61,128 bases of DNA, taken from NCBI GenBank assembly GCA_042584585.1, contig JBHOSQ010000007.1:1-61128 (forward strand), in the 5' to 3' direction. The first letter of the stretch is position 1. Every line of letters begins with the position of its first letter. Positions 1 to 8,620 of this stretch are shown here, one piece after another. A program made the position numbers and the translations under genes. The DNA is from an archaeon (GTDB taxonomy: Archaea; B1Sed10-29; WALL01). Below the pieces are notes generated by a model. The model was not told the origin of the DNA. It saw only the letters and a program-made list of their open reading frames with translations, and made no database searches.

Positions 1-37
1 CCTTTATTGTACTCATACTATTGGCGGCAGTGGTGCT
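1..37. repeat. Exact 37-nt inverted copy of 849-885 at the contig edge (probable chimeric read)
   Basis: Reverse complement of 1-37 = AGCACCACTGCCGCCAATAGTATGAGTACAATAAAGG = 849-885. Confidence 0.9.
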
Positions 38-1060
38 GCCCAATGTTTCTACGGCGGGGAGCTTGCGCACGACTGCGTTGCGCTTGGCCATCCGCTGGAG
101 GCCGATTGCGAGCGTGATTGTGACGATTGCGGGTAGGCCTTCGGGGATTGAGGACACCGCGAGGCTGACGGCGACGAGGAATAGTTCTATGACATCGGTG
201 GTGGCGAGTTGGGCGAACAAGAGGCCGAAGTCGCCGGTGAACGCCAATAGGTAGCCGATTATTTGTGGGGACTCGAATATCTCGAGGGCGAAGAGGAGGC
301 TGCATATGGCAAGTATTACCAGGCCGAGCTTTTTGCCGAGCTCATTGAGCCGTGTCTGCATTGGGGATTCGGTGTCCTGGATCCCTTGGATGAAGTGCGC
401 GATTTTTCCTATTTCGGTGTCCATTCCCGTTCCGGTTATGACGGCGTGGCCGTGGCCGTACGTGACAATAGTGTGCATGTAAACCATGGACGTGCGGTCG
501 GCCATGTGGTCTTCTTTGTGGACGTGCTTTGAGTCCTTGTGCTTGGATACTGACTCTCCGGTGAGCGCAGACTGCTGGCACCGCAGGTTCATCGCGCTTA
601 TTACGCGGGCGTCGGCGGGGACTGAGTCGCCGGTTTCGAGCACGATTATGTCGCCGGGCACTAGCTCGCTGGCGGGAATTATTTTTTCTTTGCCGCCGCG
701 GATGACGACTGCGTGCGGCGATGCCATGGACTCGAGCGCTTCCATGGCTTTTTCGGCGCGGTATTCCTGGATGGTGCCGAACGCTGCGTTGAAGATTACG
801 ATTGCGGAGATTACGACCGCGTCAATTATTTCACCTAGGAGAAAAGAGAGCACCACTGCCGCCAATAGTATGAGTACAATAAAGGACTTGAACTGGCCGA
901 AGAAGATTTCGGTGATTGATGCACGGCGGTGCTTGGCGAACTCGTTTTTTCCGTGCCGGGCGAGGCGCTTGGCTGCCTCGGCTTTGCTGAGGCCTTTGGG
1001 GCTCGTGTGGAGTGAAGCCATCACGGCTTTTGCGCTTTCGGCGTGGTAGTGCATATGCAT
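1..1060 (-). CDS. Cation-transporting P-type ATPase (type II, Ca2+-ATPase-like), 5' part; runs off the left edge
   Basis: Translated by hand (absent from ORF track): MHMHYHAESAKAVMASLHTSPKGLSKAEAAKRLARHGKNE..., with TGES actuator motif, IPEGLP TM4 motif and VRKLPAVETLGSTT just before the expected DKTGT. ATG overlaps the stop of the upstream gene (TAATG). Confidence 0.9.
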   Translation of the reverse strand, partial: MHMHYHAESAKAVMASLHTSPKGLSKAEAAKRLARHGKNEFAKHRRASITEIFFGQFKSFIVLILLAAVVLSFLLGEIIDAVVISAIVIFNAAFGTIQEYRAEKAMEALESMASPHAVVIRGGKEKIIPASELVPGDIIVLETGDSVPADARVISAMNLRCQQSALTGESVSKHKDSKHVHKEDHMADRTSMVYMHTIVTYGHGHAVITGTGMDTEIGKIAHFIQGIQDTESPMQTRLNELGKKLGLVILAICSLLFALEIFESPQIIGYLLAFTGDFGLLFAQLATTDVIELFLVAVSLAVSSIPEGLPAIVTITLAIGLQRMAKRNAVVRKLPAVETLGSTTAANSMSTIK

Positions 1061-1455
1061 TAACCCTTGAGGCGGTCGAACGCGTCCTTGAGCATTTGCT
1101 CGTGGCGCTTTTCGTCCTCAATTATTTTGGTGAGCAATTCGGCGTATTCCGGGTCCTCGATGAACGCAAGCTGTTCTTCGTAGATTTTGCGGACTCCACG
1201 CTCTTCCTTCATGCCGATTTCAAGCAGGTTGCCAAGCGCGATGTCATTTAGGCCCTTGTCCTGCGTCTCGACGCCCATGGTCTTCTTCAGGAGAAGGCGG
1301 CGGAACGAGTTGGCGTGCTCCATGCTTTCGTTGATTAGCTGCATGAAGATTTGGCGCGTTGTTTGGTCGTTGATTTGCTCGACGTACTGTTTGTACAGGT
1401 CGATTACCGCGAGCTCTTTGCCCAAATCGCTCTTTAGGGCTTCAACTGTATCCAT
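1060..1455 (-). CDS. Ferritin-like / rubrerythrin-type di-iron four-helix protein
   Basis: Two E..Y helices and two ExxH motifs (ESMEH, EKRH). Confidence 0.8.
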   Translation of the reverse strand: MDTVEALKSDLGKELAVIDLYKQYVEQINDQTTRQIFMQLINESMEHANSFRRLLLKKTMGVETQDKGLNDIALGNLLEIGMKEERGVRKIYEEQLAFIEDPEYAELLTKIIEDEKRHEQMLKDAFDRLKG

Positions 1456-1521
1456 AGGGGGAATACCACCCCAACGCTAAAAAAGCTAACGCTTTTATTC
1501 GGGGCGGGAGTCATTGGACAC

Positions 1522-1992
1522 ATGAAGACGAGTGTGAAGGCTGGAGTCACTTTCGGGTTGACGTCGGGAATAATCACGACACTGGGGCTCATGGTCGGCC
1601 TGCACTCCGGAACGCACTCGCAAATCGTGGTGCTGGGCGGTATACTCACGATTGCTGTGGCGGACGCCATGTCTGACGCGCTGGGGATGCACGTCTCGAC
1701 CGAGGCTGAGGGCCACAAGAGCCGCGAGGTGTGGGAAGCGACCCTCTCCACGTTTGCCGCAAAGCTGTTTTTCGCGCTGACGTTTTTGGTGCCCGTGCTG
1801 CTGCTGGAATTGTACACTGCGATAGTCGCCAGCATTGTGTGGGGGCTGTCGGCACTGGCCGTGTTGAGCTATTTCATCGCGAAGCAGGACGGCACGAGCC
1901 CCACAAGGGTTGTGGGGGAGCACCTCGCTATTGCTGTGGTGGTGATAGTTGTGACTCACTTCGTTGGGGAATGGGTTGCCACGCTGATGTAG
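1522..1992 (+). CDS. VIT1/CCC1 family Fe/Mn transporter
   Basis: FGLTSGIITTLGLMVG and IAVADAMSDALGMHVS motifs; about 5 TM segments. Confidence 0.85.
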   Translation: MKTSVKAGVTFGLTSGIITTLGLMVGLHSGTHSQIVVLGGILTIAVADAMSDALGMHVSTEAEGHKSREVWEATLSTFAAKLFFALTFLVPVLLLELYTAIVASIVWGLSALAVLSYFIAKQDGTSPTRVVGEHLAIAVVVIVVTHFVGEWVATLM

Positions 1993-1996
1993 TGTT

Positions 1997-2263
1997 TCAC
2001 GGCTCGGTTACTTCGGTGTTTTCGGGTGCAGTGGGCTCTGGCTTGCCCGCCGTGATGTCGATTACGCGCTGTTGGCCGTCTGAAGTGAAGTAAATCACGT
2101 GAACGACGCCGAAAGCCTTTCCGCCGTCGACCCATTGCTGGAGCGACGCGAGAGAATTCGTGTCCTTGACGCTGACGCCTCCCTCAAAAATGATTTCAGC
2201 TACTTTGAAGTTGTTGGTCTTCAGCATCTGATAAGTCGTCTTGACTTCACTTTCCATGGTCAT
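1997..2263 (-). CDS. Hypothetical protein (88 aa)
   Basis: ORF following pps in the same orientation; start trimmed to ATG 2263 (MTMESEVK). Confidence 0.55.
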   Translation of the reverse strand: MTMESEVKTTYQMLKTNNFKVAEIIFEGGVSVKDTNSLASLQQWVDGGKAFGVVHVIYFTSDGQQRVIDITAGKPEPTAPENTEVTEP

Positions 2264-2297
2264 TTGGGACACCCAGCAATAGAAAAGCGGTTCTTGT

Positions 2298-3014
2298 TTA
2301 AATAGGTTTTGTGAGGTTCCGCGACATTGTTTCCATCGAGCCCCGCAAGTTCTCGGAGTTGTCGAATCCCCGCCAAACCGGCTTTTTCTTTGCCAACTCA
2401 ATCAGTAGGGGGACGGCGCGCGTTATATTATCTATTATAGTGATGTCGGCCTGCTGCGCCGTGCGGGACAGCGGGTTCAGGTCCAGTGCGATGACAAACT
2501 TGCCCATTTTCTTCAAGTGCTCGGTGCGGTCCCCGTCCTCTAGGGGCACAAGCACGGTGTCGCGGGAATAGATGCCACGGGAGTCTACCTTGCGGCGCTC
2601 GCTCGTTAGGGACGGGATTTCCGCGTCCGCGCGCACCCCAAGGACTTCTTTTGCGCCCGCCTCCAAAAAGCGCTCTTCCATTTTTTTCATTCGCTCGGGG
2701 GTGCGATAAAACAAGTTGATTTCGATTGGAATGTTAAGCGCTTCGCTGAGCGCGACGTATTCTTCGGCGCACAAGGCGGCGACGTTTCCGTTCGCGGACA
2801 AAACGGAGGTTGTGGACAAAAGTTTGGCGGCCGCAGCCTCGCACGCGGCGCGGGCGTATTCCGTGGTCTGCTCGCCGATTAAGTAGTCGAACGCTTCGCC
2901 CCGGCCGTGGGCGATCATGCCGGTCGGAGTGGTGTATCCCTTGGCAATGCCTTCCTCGATTTTGTGCCGGTCCTCAAGGGACTGGAACCGGGGGTGGTCT
3001 TTCGGTACGGTCAT
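2298..3014 (-). CDS. pps: 4-phosphopantoate--beta-alanine ligase (archaeal phosphopantothenate synthetase)
   Basis: HPRFQSL, AHGRGEAFDYLIGE, VPLEDGDRTE and DLNPLSRTA motifs. Confidence 0.92.
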   Translation of the reverse strand: MTVPKDHPRFQSLEDRHKIEEGIAKGYTTPTGMIAHGRGEAFDYLIGEQTTEYARAACEAAAAKLLSTTSVLSANGNVAALCAEEYVALSEALNIPIEINLFYRTPERMKKMEERFLEAGAKEVLGVRADAEIPSLTSERRKVDSRGIYSRDTVLVPLEDGDRTEHLKKMGKFVIALDLNPLSRTAQQADITIIDNITRAVPLLIELAKKKPVWRGFDNSENLRGSMETMSRNLTKPI

Positions 3015-3400
3015 TGGTTCACCAGGAAGTGGGCGGCCTGGACTGCCCGTTCCGCGTAGTCGTCGACACGGTCCTGCGCGACCTCAAGCGATGCGTCGGG
3101 GCCGATTATTCCGAGGGCCACGGGCTTGTTGAACTCCAGTGACAGGTCTGCGGCGAGGCGCGCGGTGTTTTCGGCGACGATTACGTCGTGTGCGGTGAGG
3201 CCTTTTTTCACGACGCCGAGCAATGCAATGGCGTCGACGGACGGAAGCATTTTTTTGGTTTGGAGGGGCATGTCGTATACACCGGGGACCCACTGAACAG
3301 TGGTTTCGATTCCAAGTTCTTTGGCGGTTTTTTCGGCGACTTCGAGCATGCGGCTCGTCATGTCTTTGTTGAATTCTGCGACGATGATTCCGAGTTTCAT
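3011..3400 (-). CDS. ribH: 6,7-dimethyl-8-ribityllumazine synthase
   Basis: MKLGIIVAEFN, VPGVYDMPL, ALLGVVKKGLTAHD, KPVALGIIGP; true start at ATG 3400. Confidence 0.93.
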   Translation of the reverse strand: MKLGIIVAEFNKDMTSRMLEVAEKTAKELGIETTVQWVPGVYDMPLQTKKMLPSVDAIALLGVVKKGLTAHDVIVAENTARLAADLSLEFNKPVALGIIGPDASLEVAQDRVDDYAERAVQAAHFLVNQ

Positions 3401-3873
3401 TCTGTTTTCACCGGCCCTTCGTTGTCGAATCCTTGGCGCTCGCCTGTGCCGGCGCGCTTTGTTAATTCTTCGGGCTTGTTGAGCAGCCAGTAGGCGTTGA
3501 TTGCGTGCTTGTACGCACGGTCCTTGCAGATTTGGTAGAACTTGAGCTCGTCTTTGGCTTCGTCGCGGTGGATGATGACGTCGATGACGTGCTTCCCGGT
3601 CTTGAGCATTACGCCTTGCAGGCCGGTGCATGCCTCGTGGACGCAGGTGTAGTCCACGGGTTCTCCGCCGCCCATGCCGAGGGTCAGCACGATGTCGCAC
3701 CCGTCTTTTTCGATGAGGTTCAGGGCCGCGACGGGCATGTCCTTGACTCCTGGGACTGTGCGCCTAATTACTTCTGGCTCCCAGCCGACGTCCTGGATTG
3801 CCTGCACCACGAAAGGGTACATGTCGACGCGGGCGAACATGGTGTCTACTACACCTACTTTTTGGTCTGCCAT
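3397..3873 (-). CDS. ribC: Archaeal-type riboflavin synthase
   Basis: VGVVDTMFARVDM, RRTVPGVKDMPVAA, AGTGERQGF; coupled to ribH. Confidence 0.92.
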   Translation of the reverse strand: MADQKVGVVDTMFARVDMYPFVVQAIQDVGWEPEVIRRTVPGVKDMPVAALNLIEKDGCDIVLTLGMGGGEPVDYTCVHEACTGLQGVMLKTGKHVIDVIIHRDEAKDELKFYQICKDRAYKHAINAYWLLNKPEELTKRAGTGERQGFDNEGPVKTE

Positions 3874-3942
3874 GACTATGGTTGAGAAAAACGAGGTTTA
3901 TATCGGTTATGTTTATAAGTTCGTTGATTGTTGGTAATCCCT

Positions 3943-4641
3943 ATGGTTTCGCTTATCCCGATAGTGCTGGCGGCGGTGCTGACGCTTGTCCATTACTTTA
4001 GTGAGCGGACTGCGAACCGAGTCAAAAAGTTCCACAACGAAATCATGAGCTTTTCGGCCGGGATATTCATCACTTACATAATCCTTGAGGTTCTGCCGGA
4101 ACTTACCCTCGGCACGAGTTTCATCGGGGAAAACGTTTACCTGCTGCTGCTGATTGGGTTCACTGCGTTCCACGTCGCCGAAAAATACGTCTACCAGCAC
4201 GTGCAGAACAAAAAGAGGCTCCTCAAGGACTTGGCGCACCTGCACATCGCGGGGTTCATCGCGGACTCGTTCATACTGGGTTTTGCGCTTGTCATGTTTT
4301 TCGGCATTCCAATGACCGGCGGCAAGCTGGGCTACCTTGTGTTCATCCCGTTCCTGCTGCACACCCTGTCGTCCTCGATTTCGGTGAGGCACATCCACGA
4401 GCACTTCAAGAGCAACAAAATGGAAGAGCTAATGCTTTCATTGTCCACTGTGTTCGGCGCCGTCGTGGCAACCGTGCTCGGGCTGAAGGCAGTGGCGTTC
4501 TACGCGGTGTTCAGCCTCGTCATGGGTGTGTTGCTTTATGTGGTAATCAGGGACTTAGTGCCCGACAACCAAGAGGGCAGGCCGATGTACTTTCTTTTGG
4601 GAATATCGGTTTCACTGGTGTTGATTGCGCTGGCGGGATAA
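3943..4641 (+). CDS. ZIP-like metal transporter (divergent)
   Basis: About 8 TM segments; SFSAGIFITYIILEVLPE, FHVAEKYVYQH, LLYVVIRDLVP. Confidence 0.7.
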   Translation: MVSLIPIVLAAVLTLVHYFSERTANRVKKFHNEIMSFSAGIFITYIILEVLPELTLGTSFIGENVYLLLLIGFTAFHVAEKYVYQHVQNKKRLLKDLAHLHIAGFIADSFILGFALVMFFGIPMTGGKLGYLVFIPFLLHTLSSSISVRHIHEHFKSNKMEELMLSLSTVFGAVVATVLGLKAVAFYAVFSLVMGVLLYVVIRDLVPDNQEGRPMYFLLGISVSLVLIALAG

Positions 4642-4657
4642 CTACTTTACTAAGAAT

Positions 4658-4698
4658 TGGCCTCTAGGGGGGCGTCGATTGACGCCCCCTAAGTCCTT
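4658..4698. repeat. 41-bp GC-rich hairpin element, copy A
   Basis: TGGCCTCTAGGGGGGCGTC-GATT-GACGCCCCCTAAGTCCTT; 34/41 identical to 12317-12357. Confidence 0.8.
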
Positions 4699-5420
4699 CA
4701 CTTGCCTCGGTAAAAAGCGACTTTTGACAGTGCGAACCACGGCAGCAGCGCGAAGATTGCCACGAGGCCCGCCACGGGAATGGCGAGGAGCGCGAGGAAC
4801 AGGGCGCCCATCATGCACACGAGTGCGATTAGTTGCCAGAAGTGCTTGACCGTGAACTGAAAAGACGCTTTCCACGCCTCGAGTGGGGGCGTCGCCTTGA
4901 ACACCGTGATTGGCGGAGCCACCATCAGGAAGAACAGTAGGACAAGTGCGAACGGCGCCGCGACGAGTAATGCGCCGACGGACGACGTCAGAAAGTATGG
5001 CACGCCAAAAATGATTGCGAGTGCGAGGGTGATTGCGTACGTGAGGAGCGCCGCGTTTTTTCCTTCTCGGCTGGCGAACCTGAAGATGGTCATGAAGTCC
5101 GGCCTTTCGTCTGCGCGGACGTGCTTTTTCTTGCTGGCCTCGTCGTAGCTTATGCCGTAGGCCTGGGACACGAAGCGGATGTATCCCGCACAGAACACTC
5201 CTGCGACGCCGAGCGCCACGATGGTGAACAGGGAAAAGAACGACAGCGAAATGAACACCAGTAGGGAATCGGTGAACACGAACAAGCCGAGCAGCGGCAG
5301 GAACGCGAACATTACCAGGAGCACAAGTGCCACAAGGAGGATTGCTGTGCCGATTATGAGCCTCGCCGCGTTTGCCTGGTATGCCTTCCATGCTTTTTTC
5401 ATTGCCTTCATTGCGTCCAT
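4698..5420 (-). CDS. Hypothetical multi-pass membrane protein
   Basis: About 6 hydrophobic segments; PLEAWKASFQFT motif typical of DUF975-like membrane domains. Confidence 0.7.
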   Translation of the reverse strand: MDAMKAMKKAWKAYQANAARLIIGTAILLVALVLLVMFAFLPLLGLFVFTDSLLVFISLSFFSLFTIVALGVAGVFCAGYIRFVSQAYGISYDEASKKKHVRADERPDFMTIFRFASREGKNAALLTYAITLALAIIFGVPYFLTSSVGALLVAAPFALVLLFFLMVAPPITVFKATPPLEAWKASFQFTVKHFWQLIALVCMMGALFLALLAIPVAGLVAIFALLPWFALSKVAFYRGK

Positions 5421-5494
5421 TGAGTACACCTCGCATAATGCTTCGTAAGGAATTTATTTAAAGATTTATATAGGGCGGATGGTTTAGTACCGGC

Positions 5495-5731
5495 ATGGCA
5501 ACAGTTATTGTGTATTCTACCCCCACCTGCCCCTGGTGCCACCGCGCCAAGGACTACTTCACGGAAAAAGGCGTCGAGTTCACGGACTACGACGTAGCCG
5601 CAGACCAGGCAAAGGCCCAGGAAATGATTGAAAAGTCCGGCCAGCGTGGAGTACCTGTAATCGACATTGATGGAACCATAATCGTCGGGTTCGACCAGCC
5701 AAAGATTGATGAGTTATTGGGGCTCAAGTAA
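5495..5731 (+). CDS. Glutaredoxin-like protein (NrdH/YruB type)
   Basis: YSTPTCPWC, GQRGVPVIDI, IVGFD. Confidence 0.92.
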   Translation: MATVIVYSTPTCPWCHRAKDYFTEKGVEFTDYDVAADQAKAQEMIEKSGQRGVPVIDIDGTIIVGFDQPKIDELLGLK

Positions 5732-6750
5732 TGGACAGGATGACCGAGCTCGTCAGGAAGCTCGCAGGCGTCTACGGCCCGAGCGGCGGCGAAGAGCACG
5801 TGCGCAAGCTAATCAAGAAAGAGATAAGGCCATTTGTGGACAAGATCACGGTTGACTCGTTCGGCAACTTGATTGCCAGGCAAAACGGCAGGGGCCCGCG
5901 GGTCTTGATCTTCGCGCACATGGACGAAATCGGTTTGATGGTCAAGGGGATTGAGGACAACGGAAGAATTATTTTTTCGCGTATCGGGGGGATTGAGCCC
6001 GAGACTTTGCTCGCGCAGCAGGTGCACATCGTTGCCTCGAAAAACAAAATTGTGCACGGCGTGATTTCTTCGAAGAACCTTCACGAAGGATTGGTGACGG
6101 AAGAGTTTCCGTCCGTCGAGCAAATGTACATTGACATCGGGCTGAACAGCAGGAAAGAAGTCAAGAAGCTCGGGATTGGCGCCGGCGACTACGTTGTTCC
6201 GCGCCGCGCGTTCGCGACGCTTGGGAAGGAAAACATTGTGTCGGGCAAGGCAATGGACAACCGCGTCGGATGCGCCGCGGCAATCGAGCTCGCGAGAAAG
6301 ATGCGGAAGAAGAAGAGGAACATTTCGTACGTGTTCACTGCGCAGGAAGAAATGGGGATGTACGGCGCGCGCGTTTCCGCGTTCGCGCTTGAGGGCGACT
6401 TCGCAATCAATGTCGACACGACTCCGGCACAGGACCACGGCAAGACCGGAAAAGGAATGAGCAACGGCCCGTACTTGACTTACAAGGACGAAGAGTTCAT
6501 TGCGAACACGGTGCTCATGAAAAAGGTCGAGCGGCTGCTGAAAAAGAAGAAGATTGGATACCAAATCGAGGTGAGCGACACGGGCACCACGGACGCGCTC
6601 GCCATTTCGTTGAGCAAGGGCGGCATGCCGACCATCGTTATTTCCATTCCGGTGAGGAACATTCACTCCACTATTTCTATCGCGGACATAAACGACGTGA
6701 AAGGCACTGTAAAGGCCATTGAGGCCATAGCCACGGACCCCCCAGTCTAG
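5731..6750 (+). CDS. M42 family metallo-aminopeptidase (TET-like)
   Basis: GPSGGEE, AHMDEIG, KAMDNRVG, QEEMG, GTTDA, RNIHS motifs. Confidence 0.93.
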   Translation: MDRMTELVRKLAGVYGPSGGEEHVRKLIKKEIRPFVDKITVDSFGNLIARQNGRGPRVLIFAHMDEIGLMVKGIEDNGRIIFSRIGGIEPETLLAQQVHIVASKNKIVHGVISSKNLHEGLVTEEFPSVEQMYIDIGLNSRKEVKKLGIGAGDYVVPRRAFATLGKENIVSGKAMDNRVGCAAAIELARKMRKKKRNISYVFTAQEEMGMYGARVSAFALEGDFAINVDTTPAQDHGKTGKGMSNGPYLTYKDEEFIANTVLMKKVERLLKKKKIGYQIEVSDTGTTDALAISLSKGGMPTIVISIPVRNIHSTISIADINDVKGTVKAIEAIATDPPV

Positions 6751-6841
6751 CCCTGCTGCTGCTGGAGGGAGATAAAAGAAAGAGAAAAAGCGCCTTACAA
6801 GGGGGTTCAAAAAGGCCGTTCTAAGGAGAACAACGGAAGAA

Positions 6842-7156
6842 TTACTTCTTCCTTCGGGTTGTCTTCCTCTTCGTGGTCTTTCGCTTTGTAGTCTTTCGCT
6901 TGGTGGTCTTCCGCTTGGTTGTCTTTTTCTTTGTGACCTTGCGCTTGGTCTTCCTCTTGGTCGCCTTCTTCTTGGTGACCTTCTTCTTAGTGACCTTGCG
7001 CTTGGTGGTCTTCTTCTTAGTGACCTTGCGCTTGGTCTTCCTCTTTGTGACCTTGCGCTTTGTTACCTTGCGCGTGGTCTTCTTCTTTGTGACCTTGCGC
7101 TTGGTGGTCTTCTTTTTGGTTGCGGTTTTCCTCCGAGCTTTTTTCTTAACTGCCAT
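6842..7156 (-). CDS. Histone H1-like Lys/Arg/Thr-rich repeat protein
   Basis: 104 aa of KKVTK/RKVTK/KRKTT pentapeptides; strong SD (AGGAGG) and TATA upstream. Confidence 0.75.
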   Translation of the reverse strand: MAVKKKARRKTATKKKTTKRKVTKKKTTRKVTKRKVTKRKTKRKVTKKKTTKRKVTKKKVTKKKATKRKTKRKVTKKKTTKRKTTKRKTTKRKTTKRKTTRRKK

Positions 7157-7222
7157 ATGACATTCCTCCTATCAAAATTATTGCTTAAACCCAATTATTC
7201 CGGCGTTTGTATTTAAAGGTTC

Positions 7223-7918
7223 CTATCTTTTCGGGCAAAAACCGGGATTATTCACAAAATAGAAGAGTTCCGGTTTTTCACAAAACATTTCGTACATTGT
7301 TTTGTTTTTGGTGTGGAACGGACAGTTTTTCTCCCCTGGCTCGGCAAGTGTCATGGAAACGCCCTCGTAGCGGGGGTTTTCAACCCATCCGGTGTCCAGT
7401 TTGTAGTAGGCCGCGCCCTGTTTTTCCATGAACGGGCCGTAGTCGGAAGAAAACTCGGGTGAAACAAAATTTGACATGACGAGTGTTTTGTCCGAAGAAT
7501 TTATCGTTACGTGGCCAAAGTCGGGCGGGACAATTACTTTGTCTCCCTCAGTTGCTTTGTAGACGACGACTTCGTTTTTGTTTTGGAACAAGTAGTGCGC
7601 TTCGCCTTCGATGACTTCGTAAATTTCCGGGTAAGTTTGTTCGCCCTGAAGTGCGTGGTAGTGCCCCTTTGTTTTTACGAACTCTGGGCCGTACTTCGCC
7701 GCGGGAATCACGGTGATATCGTAGCGGACTTTGTGTTGCTCCATTAACTCGGTGTGTTCGGGAAGGTTGATGCTGCGGTACATGTAATAAACTTCTTCAG
7801 GTCCTGTTGCCTCGGGGTCGTAGAGCACCGGGCGCATCTGCTCGAGTGTGCGTATCTCGGGCGTCGCCTTCTCGCCCATGAAATAAAGGGCTTTTTCGCT
7901 GTCATTCCATTCCCACAT
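7223..7918 (-). CDS. pgi: Cupin-type glucose-6-phosphate isomerase
   Basis: YYMYR, RYDITVI, KTKGHYH, YPEIYEVIEG, VPPDFGHVTIN, SDYGP. Confidence 0.88.
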   Translation of the reverse strand: MWEWNDSEKALYFMGEKATPEIRTLEQMRPVLYDPEATGPEEVYYMYRSINLPEHTELMEQHKVRYDITVIPAAKYGPEFVKTKGHYHALQGEQTYPEIYEVIEGEAHYLFQNKNEVVVYKATEGDKVIVPPDFGHVTINSSDKTLVMSNFVSPEFSSDYGPFMEKQGAAYYKLDTGWVENPRYEGVSMTLAEPGEKNCPFHTKNKTMYEMFCEKPELFYFVNNPGFCPKR

Positions 7919-7924
7919 TGGGCA

Positions 7925-8566
7925 TCACTTGTGCTTTTCCTTGTACACCTTATAAGAATATACTACTGACGACAGCACGAGGAACAGTAAAACACCTACT
8001 GGCACCAGGATTGAGCCCCCCAGAAGGCCCCAGGCTGCGAATACGAAGCCGCTGAGCATGAATGCCTTGCCCCCGAACTCGTGCGTCTTTTTCCACACGG
8101 CGTCGTCAGAGAGTGCCCACGGCGTGCGGATGCCGATGAAGTAGTTGCGCTTGACGTCGGGAAGGATGTAGCCGATGTATGCCATGAGCCCTCCGATTAG
8201 GAACGGCATCACTATTCCCATGGGGACTTCGGTGCCCATGGCCGTAAGAAGAATGACCGCGTGCATCACGCCAAAGAACAGGACCATCGAGAACTTGAAG
8301 CCGAACCCGTGCTTTTTGTAGAAGTCGGACACGTTTTGTTTTTTGACTGCGAGTTTGGGTATCGCGAGGAACATAGCGTAGACGCCGAGCGCGATTATGG
8401 GCATCATGAAGATTGTTTCGCGCGAGCCGTAGCCGTCCACTTCTCCTTTGGCGTTCCAGTGCATCGGCACTTTGTCGGGCATGCCGGACAATAAGACAAT
8501 TGCCGACACGAACATCAGCGCGATGAGCGCGAGTGTAATGTATTCTTTTTTGTCCACAAGCATCAC
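7925..8566 (-). CDS. SdpI/DUF1648 family membrane protein
   Basis: PDKVPMHWNAKGEVDGY and RNYFIGIRTPWALSDDAVWKKTH. Confidence 0.9.
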   Translation of the reverse strand: MMLVDKKEYITLALIALMFVSAIVLLSGMPDKVPMHWNAKGEVDGYGSRETIFMMPIIALGVYAMFLAIPKLAVKKQNVSDFYKKHGFGFKFSMVLFFGVMHAVILLTAMGTEVPMGIVMPFLIGGLMAYIGYILPDVKRNYFIGIRTPWALSDDAVWKKTHEFGGKAFMLSGFVFAAWGLLGGSILVPVGVLLFLVLSSVVYSYKVYKEKHK

Positions 8567-8620
8567 CTTTTTAAGGACTATTGCTTAATTCGCTTTCCAT
8601 ATAAAATAAGTGGTGGAAAA

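Noticed and set aside
3401-3700. N-terminal extensions in the ORF track (ribH, 26606-27511, 40358-40984, 43043-43699, 21354-21917)
   Set aside because: They overlap adjacent real genes; family-typical starts lie downstream.
6842-7156. CRISPR-like or non-coding repeat array
   Set aside because: Repeats are in-frame 15-nt codon units without unique spacers; the plus-strand hydrophobic ORF 6873-7160 is the antisense shadow.
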